From an uncultured virus (IMG/VR IMGVR_UViG_3300024520_000070) (taxonomy: Duplodnaviria > Heunggongvirae > Uroviricota > Caudoviricetes): a stretch of DNA of 64,000 nucleotides. The stretch lies in IMG/VR virus record IMGVR_UViG_3300024520_000070; one strand, written 5' to 3'. Of this stretch, positions 56,576 to 64,000 are shown piece after piece. The notes beneath the pieces are model-generated. The model was not told where the DNA came from, did not search any database, and saw only the letters and a program-made list of their open reading frames with translations. The position numbers and the translations under genes were made by a program. Positions within the stretch are counted from its first letter, which is position 1. The number at the start of each line of letters is the position of its first letter.

Positions 56576-56604
56576 AGCTTGATGCTTGCTGCTTGAGGCT
56601 TTTT
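56497..56604 (+). repeat. GCTTGNN heptad repeat cluster 1
   Basis: gcttgat gcttgcg; gcttgac gcttgag; gcttgat gcttgct gcttgag. Confidence 0.85.
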
Positions 56605-56711
56605 GGCGTACGCCCTTCTATGTCCGTCGACATGTCGGGGCTAATAGCCTTCTTCCTCAGGGAAGCTCTTAATTCTTTAAAAAATTTCGGTGATTTGAAT
56701 GTGTGAGTCAT

Positions 56712-57326
56712 TTAGTGTTTTCCATATGATACATTTTTTATTTCAGGATTCCAACAATTTCTACAATCTTTGCATTCGTTGTTTTGCTTAGGAGCTGGAC
56801 ACGTGGCGCCTGCTGTTACGACTGTCGACGTGTTGTCCCAGCCGCCCGCTGCAGGTTGATTGATCATTGGCATGCTGAACCGGATAACTAAGTTATCAGG
56901 TGCCAGCGGCAGGAAGTGCTTCACCCAGGCCTCACGCGTCGGTAGCCAGTGCTTGACTGAAGGCGTTAACCTGCAAACTGAAAAAATTTTTGTTAGGTGA
57001 TCTTCATCCTGGACATCCCCTGAGTCATGCCACCTAAAAACTTTTGATTTTTTACTATTGATTAATAATGTCATGGCCCCCGTCCAGAGCTCATGTGTAA
57101 TGCTTGCCAGTCTCTTATACTGTGCAGCCTGCACCACGGGAAAAACATAACAACCCTTTAAGGCGTAGCAGCCATGGCAGGTCGAGCCCTTGACCGCTCG
57201 GAGCTTGGAGCCGGTCTTGCATTCTTTAGCTGGCAGGCCATAGGCCCAGCCAGGCATTTTTGACGGCTTGCTTAGGCCTCCGACCAGATCCCATGCTTCA
57301 CTTGTTTTCATACTTTCTAAATTCAT
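56712..57326 (-). CDS. GP88-family Cys-rich protein (radical-SAM-like)
   Basis: SKPSKMPG, CKTG..CHGCYA, FRWHDSGD, CPAP..CKDCRNCW..YGKH. Confidence 0.75.
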   Translation of the reverse strand: MNLESMKTSEAWDLVGGLSKPSKMPGWAYGLPAKECKTGSKLRAVKGSTCHGCYALKGCYVFPVVQAAQYKRLASITHELWTGAMTLLINSKKSKVFRWHDSGDVQDEDHLTKIFSVCRLTPSVKHWLPTREAWVKHFLPLAPDNLVIRFSMPMINQPAAGGWDNTSTVVTAGATCPAPKQNNECKDCRNCWNPEIKNVSYGKH

Positions 57327-57356
57327 ATCATCAATTCATTGTGTCTTTTTTAAGGC

Positions 57357-57384
57357 GCTTGCTGCTTGCTGCTTGATGCTTTTT
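57357..57384 (+). repeat. GCTTGNN heptad repeat cluster 2
   Basis: gcttgct gcttgct gcttgat gcttttt. Confidence 0.85.
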
Positions 57385-57418
57385 ATTATTTTTATTTTTC
57401 TTCAATTCCAGGTTGTAT

Positions 57419-57436
57419 CGGGCCCTTGCGGGCCCG
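57419..57436 (-). terminator. GC-rich hairpin with a GNRA loop on the minus strand
   Basis: CGGGCCC-ttgc-GGGCCCG downstream of the 57455-57712 gene. Confidence 0.45.
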
Positions 57437-57454
57437 GTCTTCCAGTTTATAGTT

Positions 57455-57712
57455 TTATGCATGCTCTACAGGTAACCAGTTATCATCTCTGAAAACTTTC
57501 AATATTTCTTTGGTATAGATGGATCCGATCTCATCGAAGAGACCAACTTCAGAACCTTTAACATCGACCAGCAATGTGCTGCGGATGCCCCGGCCTACAA
57601 TTGGTGACTCCTTAACAATGCCAGAGACTGGCGGATTGCTGCCCATGTGACTGTGCAGGATCTTATCACCTTTTTTTATTTCTCTTATATTCATTTTTTC
57701 TCCTTGTCCCAT
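57455..57712 (-). CDS. hypothetical (early) protein
   Basis: 85 aa ORF; likely start MNIRE after an AGGAG SD. Confidence 0.65.
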   Translation of the reverse strand: MGQGEKMNIREIKKGDKILHSHMGSNPPVSGIVKESPIVGRGIRSTLLVDVKGSEVGLFDEIGSIYTKEILKVFRDDNWLPVEHA

Positions 57713-57864
57713 TGTCTTTGTCTTGCTGCGCTGTCTTCTTGATCTTTTTTAACTAGTCGCAAGATCTCTTCTATTGCAACAGCTATTCTTTTTAACTCTT
57801 CACTTGATTCACTCATTTTTTCTCCTTTTTAATTAATCCTATACTATCCCAGATCCATTGTCAA

Positions 57865-57892
57865 GCTTGATGCTTGAGGCTCTGAGCTTTTA
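57865..57892 (+). repeat. GCTTGNN heptad repeat cluster 3, abutting a minus-strand -35 (TTGACA, 57864-57859)
   Basis: gcttgat gcttgag gctctga gctttta. Confidence 0.8.
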
Positions 57893-57930
57893 ATATTTTT
57901 TACCCCATAACCTGAGGTTGTATCCTGTAA

Positions 57931-58282
57931 CCAGCGCGCTTCCTGATCAGGGAACCCAGCAACGCTGGCAAAACTCCACCTATAAAGAGGGCTGCCAGAG
58001 GCATGCCTTATGGTCGGCTGTTTATCAAATTCCTTGGACCAGTAACCAGTGAAAACGTTTGCGTGCTTATTTTCTTAGGCCGGCCCTAACTTCGTGATTA
58101 CTGATCCCAGATCCAACAATCGCGCATGATTTCTCATGGGCCGTATTCGGGTACGATGCTCCCCTAGACCATTGGATCAGGGATCAGGCCGGCAACCCGA
58201 TATTTAACGTCGTTTCGCGACATACGCGCACCGGCTTTGGTCTGATCTTGAGGCAGTTATTATTAAGGCTCATACCTCAGGA
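57931..58282. ncRNA. candidate non-coding RNA: chain of large-loop hairpins
   Basis: Seven abutting inverted repeats, GC-richer than the flanks, no credible ORF. Confidence 0.45.
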
Positions 58283-58354
58283 GCCTAGTTGAGAGATTAT
58301 AGGAGAATTAAGGCAGAAATAAGGCAAGAGCTTAAATAAAAAAAAATAAACTTC

Positions 58355-58383
58355 TTGACATCTCCTATTTTTTCCTATACACT
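58355..58383 (+). promoter_or_regulatory. sigma70 promoter (early)
   Basis: TTGACA-17 nt-TACACT. Confidence 0.7.
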
Positions 58384-58516
58384 TGGCAGGTGGCTGGGGA
58401 TGGTGGTTAGTAGTAGAAGAAGCACAACCACAGGTTGTGCGCAAAAATCGCGCCTTAAAATAGCCACATTTCAAGTATAGGATTATCCCAATGCAAATAA
58501 TAAAGAAAGGCAAACA

Positions 58517-59497
58517 ATGAGTAAGATACGTATGAACACCGAGTTAAGAACTAAAATTCTTAACCGATATAGAGAAAGTGCAGAACAAGAAAACACACAG
58601 GAACTTGAAGCCATGAAGCAAGCAAGAGAACAAGTGGATATGATTTATCCATCAACTTTTGAACTTGCACGCCAGGTCGTTGAAAGGTCATATCCGAGTG
58701 AAGATGTTAAAACGTGTAGAACATTGAAGCAAAAATATGGTGAACCTTTAGACGTTGTTGCAAAAGATAAATGCTTTTATTTTTCTTATGCAAGAGAAAA
58801 CCCTGGTGAAGATGAAGATAAAAATGTTTCAGAACATTTTGACTTTGGTTTATTTGGTGATACCGATAATGGAAATAATTATCGCAACGAAAGTGGAAAG
58901 CAATTTGCTTATGCTTATTATCGTGATGAGTTAAAAGCAAAAGACCTTGACGCAGACATCTTGGCAAAACAAAATGGCAAAGATGACAACCCACATAAAA
59001 CAAAGCACATGGATTTAAATGATAGGGCTTTGGGTTATAGTGGCTACTCTAGTTATAATCATGACCGAGATAATAATGTCGGAATTGCTAAAGACTTTGA
59101 TAAGCAATACGAGTTAGACATCATTGGTACTTCACATTGTAGGTCAAGAACGATTGCTTGTACTGACCAGGAGTTTTTAATCTTCAAAATGTTAAAACAA
59201 GCTAAAGGACAATTAATAGTATGTCATCAAAAATGGATTGATAGTATTACGAAACAATGTGAAGCTATGAAAACAGGGTTGAAAGCATATCGTTATTTAA
59301 GTGAGGGTGTTGAGTTAATGTCAGAACTTGGTGTCACTTGTGATGAAGCAGAATTAATCAGAACTAATTCAACAGGACTTGTTATTTATAATCCTGTTAA
59401 TTTAGCTAGTATGATTAAGGGTATGAAGAACACAACAATAACAAGAGAACAAAAGATAGCTTTAAGAAAGGCATACGAAGCAAAACAAATAAATTAG
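58517..59497 (+). CDS. hypothetical (early) protein
   Basis: 326 aa; AAGG SD; downstream of a consensus promoter. Confidence 0.8.
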   Translation: MSKIRMNTELRTKILNRYRESAEQENTQELEAMKQAREQVDMIYPSTFELARQVVERSYPSEDVKTCRTLKQKYGEPLDVVAKDKCFYFSYARENPGEDEDKNVSEHFDFGLFGDTDNGNNYRNESGKQFAYAYYRDELKAKDLDADILAKQNGKDDNPHKTKHMDLNDRALGYSGYSSYNHDRDNNVGIAKDFDKQYELDIIGTSHCRSRTIACTDQEFLIFKMLKQAKGQLIVCHQKWIDSITKQCEAMKTGLKAYRYLSEGVELMSELGVTCDEAELIRTNSTGLVIYNPVNLASMIKGMKNTTITREQKIALRKAYEAKQIN

Positions 59498-59500
59498 CTA

Positions 59501-59542
59501 TTGACATTTATTATGGGATATGATACTATTATCCCATAATAA
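59501..59542 (+). promoter_or_regulatory. sigma70 promoter enclosed by a 13-bp inverted repeat
   Basis: TTGACA-17 nt-TACTAT; TTATTATGGGATA (59508-20) and TATCCCATAATAA (59530-42). Confidence 0.7.
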
Positions 59543-59565
59543 CAAACTAACAAAAAGGACGAAAT

Positions 59566-59769
59566 ATGGAAAAAACAATACTAGTAGTTAGACGTTGCAA
59601 ATACTCTAACTTGGCACCAAGATACGACATCGAGAAAGTTGCGCAAAGTTTAGAGGAAGCAACAAGATATAAAGTTGCTCTTGAAACTTTAAATGCAAGT
59701 AAAGAAGTAAGTTACATTCTATACAATGAGTTAGGACAAATAGAATACAACGTAAGAGAGGTTGCATGA
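59566..59769 (+). CDS. hypothetical protein
   Basis: AAGGA SD. Confidence 0.7.
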   Translation: MEKTILVVRRCKYSNLAPRYDIEKVAQSLEEATRYKVALETLNASKEVSYILYNELGQIEYNVREVA

Positions 59770-59960
59770 TAAACGGCAAATCTTTTATTATTAGTTATTT
59801 TTCAGCAAGCGATAAAAAGCACATAACAAGAAATGCGCTTTGGAATGACCAATGTAAATATTGGACATCTAAAGCTGGCAGATTACTTTGTACTTATTTT
59901 GATATCGACGCGAATGATTATAGATGTGCGAGAGATAGTTGGAAGATAAAAAGTGAGTAA
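59766..59960 (+). CDS. hypothetical protein
   Basis: GAGG SD, ATGA coupling. Confidence 0.7.
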   Translation: MINGKSFIISYFSASDKKHITRNALWNDQCKYWTSKAGRLLCTYFDIDANDYRCARDSWKIKSE

Positions 59961-60324
59961 GCTTTGTCAAGGTCCGTCGTGTCATATGTACGACACGACC
60001 GACAGGAAACGTGGACCAAAAGGAAACAAAAGAAATGTAACTCGTAATGTTGGAACTTACAATTATGGCAATGGAAACTTTTGTACTTTAAGTTGTTACA
60101 ATGATTGGGCAAAAGAAAACATGGACCAGGCAATAGATTACTTTGGTAGATTAAGAGAACGTAAAGCAATGACACCTGAGAACTCTTGGATTAAACGTGA
60201 GAGATATAGTTGGGAAGAAGATAGACACACATCAACTTATTACTTTCGTAATGTATGTACCAACGAGGAACGAGATATAACAGAACAACAATACAATGAC
60301 GAGGAGTACACATTGAATACATAA
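59953..60324 (+). CDS. hypothetical Zn-finger protein
   Basis: CQGPSCH...FCTLSC. Confidence 0.7.
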   Translation: MSKLCQGPSCHMYDTTDRKRGPKGNKRNVTRNVGTYNYGNGNFCTLSCYNDWAKENMDQAIDYFGRLRERKAMTPENSWIKRERYSWEEDRHTSTYYFRNVCTNEERDITEQQYNDEEYTLNT

Positions 60325-60339
60325 CAGTTCGTCCAACCA

Positions 60340-60368
60340 TGAAGCGTGGCGCCATGCGCCACGCTTCA
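60340..60368 (+). terminator. perfect 13-bp hairpin after the early operon
   Basis: TGAAGCGTGGCGC-cat-GCGCCACGCTTCA (no U-tract). Confidence 0.55.
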
Positions 60369-60681
60369 AGATACCACGCGTAGTGTGTCAAGTAATATCA
60401 TGGGATATTATAGGAGCATATTGTCGCAGGCCATGCAGTTTATGCATCAATCATAGGTTGAATTTTTTGCACCCCCAAAATTTTTCGCGCCCGCCTAAAT
60501 TTTTTCCATAGAGGTACCAAGTCAATCCAGGAATTTGAAACGTCCATAATGGGTTTTTCCCCCCTTTAAAAAAGGGGTCCCAAAGTTTTGACTTTAGACC
60601 TTGATTCATACGTTTAAAGCGTTAAAATACTTAATAAGTTCCCAAAAAATTCTGCAAAAAATTTTGTGGATAAATTTTGCT

Positions 60682-62160
60682 ATGATAGAGAGAGAAAAAC
60701 TAAAGAATTTTGAAAAACTACCTGAGGATGTAAGAAGACAGTTTTCTCTTTACATGAATCAGTGGAAAGACAAGAAAAAGGGCATAAAGGTTAAATCTGA
60801 CTTCCTAAGCTTCGTAAAGCATGTCTGGCCTGAATTTATAGAGGGATCCCATCACAAAAAGATTGCTAATAAATTTAATGATCTGGCCGAGGGAAAAATC
60901 AAGAGACTCATCATCAATATGCCTCCTAGGCATACTAAATCTGAATTTGCTTCTTTTCTTTTACCTGCATGGATGGTTGGAAAGAATCCTAAATTAAAAA
61001 TAATACAATCTACGAATACCACTGAGCTTTCAGTTAGGTTTGGTCGTAAGGCTAAACAACTGATTGATTCGGAAGAATATCAGCAATTTTTTAAAACTAG
61101 ACTCAAAGAAGATTCTCAAGCTGCGGGGAAATGGGAAACCCAACAAGGTGGAGAATATTATGCTGCCGGTGTTGGTTCTGCCATCACTGGAAGGGGTGCA
61201 GACTTATTAATCATTGATGATCCCCATACTGAGCAAGATGCAATGAATGCACAAGCTTTGGATAGAACTTATGAGTGGTATACATCAGGACCTAGACAAC
61301 GTCTTCAACCTGGCGGCTCAATTGTTGTGGTAATGACTAGATGGAATGAAAAAGACTTAACTGGTCGTTTAATTGGATCTCAAAAAGAACCTAGAGCGGA
61401 TAAATGGGAAATAATAGAGTTCCCTGCAATTCTACCCTCAGGTAAACCTGTTTGGCCTGAATATTGGAGTCTAAAAGATTTAAATGGGGTTAAAGCCTCT
61501 ATTCCTGGAAGTAAATGGAATGCACAATACATGCAGAACCCAACTTCTGAAGAAGGAGCCTTAATTAAAAGGGAATGGTGGAAAGATTGGGAAGATGAAG
61601 AGTTGCCGCCCCTACAACACGTCATACAATCTTATGATACAGCTTTTATGAAAAAAGAAACAGCGGATTTTAGTGCAATTACCACTTGGGGAGTTTTTAC
61701 TCCAAACGAAGATAGCGCCCCTGAATTAATTTTAGTAGATGCATTAAAAGGAAGGTTCGAGTTTCCTGAGCTCAGAAGAATTGCTCTGGAGCAATACGGT
61801 TACTGGAATCCTGAGACCGTTATAGTCGAGGCTAAGGCTTCAGGACTCCCACTAACATATGAGTTGCGTAAAATGGGAATACCTGTTATAAATTTCACAC
61901 CTAGTAAAGGAAACGATAAACATACTAGAGTGAACTCGGTATCACCTCTGTTTGAGAGTGGCCGAATATGGGCGCCCAAAGAAATGGAGTTTGCTCAGGA
62001 CGTAATAGAAGAATGTGCAGCGTTTCCGTACGGGGATCATGATGACTTGGTCGATAGTATGACACAAGCCGTAATGCGATTTAGACAGGGCGGGTTAATC
62101 AGCCACCCAGAAGACTACAAAGAAGAAAAAGTAGTCAAGACGCAAAGGACTTATTATTAA
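60682..62160 (+). CDS. terL: terminase large subunit
   Basis: INMPPRHTKS (Walker A), ITGRGADLLIIDDP (Walker B), QSYDTA, VEAKASG, HDDLVDS; likely ATG at 60682. Confidence 0.95.
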   Translation: MIEREKLKNFEKLPEDVRRQFSLYMNQWKDKKKGIKVKSDFLSFVKHVWPEFIEGSHHKKIANKFNDLAEGKIKRLIINMPPRHTKSEFASFLLPAWMVGKNPKLKIIQSTNTTELSVRFGRKAKQLIDSEEYQQFFKTRLKEDSQAAGKWETQQGGEYYAAGVGSAITGRGADLLIIDDPHTEQDAMNAQALDRTYEWYTSGPRQRLQPGGSIVVVMTRWNEKDLTGRLIGSQKEPRADKWEIIEFPAILPSGKPVWPEYWSLKDLNGVKASIPGSKWNAQYMQNPTSEEGALIKREWWKDWEDEELPPLQHVIQSYDTAFMKKETADFSAITTWGVFTPNEDSAPELILVDALKGRFEFPELRRIALEQYGYWNPETVIVEAKASGLPLTYELRKMGIPVINFTPSKGNDKHTRVNSVSPLFESGRIWAPKEMEFAQDVIEECAAFPYGDHDDLVDSMTQAVMRFRQGGLISHPEDYKEEKVVKTQRTYY

Positions 62161-62651
62161 TGAAACCGTATAACTGGAAACAAGATTATGATTGGACGGA
62201 TCCAGATGATTATCCGGTGGAAGACGACAAAATGTTTGATATACAAAGTGAGGAGGAATTAATGTTACCACATGAAATAAAAGCCCCTGGAGGCATTGGG
62301 TCTTTAGACAAGAGACAGGCTTCAGGAATCAATCCTGATATAAATATTGAAGTAGTTGTAGAAGAATTTGTTAGAAGAAAAGGTCGTAAACCACGATCTC
62401 TCGAAGAGATTAAAGAATTTTATTTTAAAGAAATGGCGGGCGGTGCAGGTGGTTCAGGTGAACCTCAAAGAGTTGCTTATGAGCCAGGAAACTATGATCC
62501 TATCATGGTCGAAGAGTATGAGAGATATAAATTCGACATGAACGAACAAAAACCTGGTTTCCCTGTAATGGAAATTGATGAATTTATTCAAATGCAGCAA
62601 GAGCCTAAAATGGGTGCAGCTGGAGGATTATCAGGCCTATTAGGAGTTTAA
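62160..62651 (+). CDS. acidic hypothetical protein
   Basis: TAATG coupling with terL; ends AAGGLSGLLGV. Confidence 0.7.
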   Translation: MKPYNWKQDYDWTDPDDYPVEDDKMFDIQSEEELMLPHEIKAPGGIGSLDKRQASGINPDINIEVVVEEFVRRKGRKPRSLEEIKEFYFKEMAGGAGGSGEPQRVAYEPGNYDPIMVEEYERYKFDMNEQKPGFPVMEIDEFIQMQQEPKMGAAGGLSGLLGV

Positions 62652-64000
62652 GTGAAGCTGCATCATTACAATCAAATGATGGCGCATCTTACGCAACGCC
62701 AAAAGTTTTCAAAGGGTGGAGACGCAACAATTCTTCCCCAACCAAATCCATTATCACCAACAGAACGAAATCAAAAAGTATTTTATGACTATGTAGGTAG
62801 AATGAAACACTACTTAACTGGTGCTGAGATGCCTGAATGGTTTGTTAAAGATTTAATTTTAAAGAAAGCAGAAGAACTAGGAGTAGAATTAAAAGCTGCC
62901 GGGGGTAGAACTGGTTTTAATAGAGCTGGAATGGCTATAGCAAGTAATCCTTTATTTAGAGGAACAACAGGTCCTAACCAAATTTTAAAAGCTCCTAGAG
63001 GTAAAACTGGGATGGCAGACATTTTAAAACATGAAGGAGCAGCAACTCTAGCTTTAGGAATTAATCAATTAAATAAACCTGACGATGACGGTACAAGAGA
63101 AATTATTCAACACGAGGGAGGAGGTCCTCCCCCTTTAGTAGAACCACCTCAAGATCCGGATGAATCTGAATTAGTTAAAAGAACAGTAGAAGAAGTTATT
63201 AAAGATCGGATTCAAAAGAATGCTCCAAAACATAAAGAACAGGCTAGTGATGAATATTTAAATGCATTTAGGGAGTTGGTTGATTTTCATGAGGGAAGTG
63301 TAGCAAAAGCCATAAGATCATCCGGGCTTGATAGAGAATATATAAGAGCAAAATTTTATCAGCGGGATCAAGAAATCAAAGGAACGGGAGGACAAATAAC
63401 TGAAACAATTGAGCCTTTAGAAATTACAAAAATATTCAAAGACTATACAAATGATATCAATAAAGATTCTTCGATTATCGATACAATTTATAACGAAGCT
63501 CTTGAAACAGGAAGAATTAAAAAAGAAGAAAAATATTACAACATTAAAGATGTAGCTAATATTATAGGGATGGATATTTCTAAGAAAGGACCCAAAAATC
63601 AACTTTTAGATTTACTAATGGAAAACGTGAGAAAAACAGATGAAGGTCGTTCCCTAGCAAAAAAATATCATATTGATGATGTGGTAAACAAAGTAAAAGA
63701 ATGGAGCAGCGACAAACAGATAGTGGGGGGAGAGCCTTCTACAAGTAAAAGATATAAATTTGAGCAAACAAAGGATGCTCCTTTAAGTAAAGAACTTACC
63801 ACGATTAAAACACGAATCGCAGACCTAACTAAAGCAGAAGGAACTTATGATAAAGATCTGGAGCAAATAGAACATGCCGGTCACCTTGAATCTCTAAGAA
63901 CTGAAGAGAGATACCAAGACCTATTCAAAAATCTAAATACAATCCAAGATATGATTTTTCAAGATGGCTTTGTAAATAAAGACATTATTCAAAACAAAGG
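62652..64000 (+). CDS. large hypothetical protein, 3'-truncated by the window
   Basis: AGGAG SD and GTG62652 (MKLHHYNQMMAHLT..FSKGG..AAGGRTGF); frame read open to the window end. Confidence 0.75.
   Translation, partial: MKLHHYNQMMAHLTQRQKFSKGGDATILPQPNPLSPTERNQKVFYDYVGRMKHYLTGAEMPEWFVKDLILKKAEELGVELKAAGGRTGFNRAGMAIASNPLFRGTTGPNQILKAPRGKTGMADILKHEGAATLALGINQLNKPDDDGTREIIQHEGGGPPPLVEPPQDPDESELVKRTVEEVIKDRIQKNAPKHKEQASDEYLNAFRELVDFHEGSVAKAIRSSGLDREYIRAKFYQRDQEIKGTGGQITETIEPLEITKIFKDYTNDINKDSSIIDTIYNEALETGRIKKEEKYYNIKDVANIIGMDISKKGPKNQLLDLLMENVRKTDEGRSLAKKYHIDDVVNKVKEWSSDKQIVGGEPSTSKRYKFEQTKDAPLSKELTTIKTRIADLTKAEGTYDKDLEQIEHAGHLESLRTEERYQDLFKNLNTIQDMIFQDGFVNKDIIQNK

Noticed and set aside
57931..58282. 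CRISPR or TIGR-like array
   Set aside because: No identical direct repeats with regular spacing, and no cas or Nop-domain gene recognised; kept only as a hairpin array.
58277..58513. 78-aa minus-strand ORF
   Set aside because: Spans divergent promoters, an A-run and the palindrome; likely spurious.
60601..60681. TTG-initiated N-terminal extension of terL
   Set aside because: No SD and A/T-tract character; ATG60682 is more plausible.
1..64000. tRNA/rRNA genes, integrase, transposase, reverse transcriptase/DGR, stop-codon reassignment
   Set aside because: No cloverleaf or T-loop pattern or catalytic motifs seen by eye; long genes read through intact under code 11. tRNAscan/ARAGORN was not run.

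Overview
The window is almost a whole ~64 kb AT-rich, gene-dense tailed-phage genome, probably circularly permuted, since it begins and ends inside ORFs that lie between terL and the portal. Its layout is podovirus-like and resembles marine uvMED/pelagiphage genomes; a SAR11 host is inferred, not shown. The virion module (0.4-35.5 kb, + strand) has a portal, GroES, scaffold, HK97-fold capsid, neck proteins, tail fibre, a P22 gp10-like hub and internal/ejection proteins. The replication module (38-48 kb) has an SNF2 helicase, SSB, primase-polymerase, UvrD helicase and a Leu762-type PolA. A lysis/accessory block, a detached terS, a repeat- and hairpin-rich control region (54-60.6 kb) and terL follow. 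I found no tRNA, rRNA, CRISPR array or integrase. Most notable are: (1) a short [AS]xGG-R tag shared by about 10 putative virion proteins, splitting one of them into modules; (2) 12 Fe(II)/2OG oxygenases, a degenerate flavin halogenase, 3 glycosyltransferases and 2 methyltransferases; (3) a riboswitch-like pseudoknot over a Shine-Dalgarno; (4) a ~350 nt non-coding chain of large-loop hairpins with heptad repeats and a 4-copy palindrome; (5) a +1 frameshift at CCC-C. All calls come from reading motifs by eye; no database search was run.
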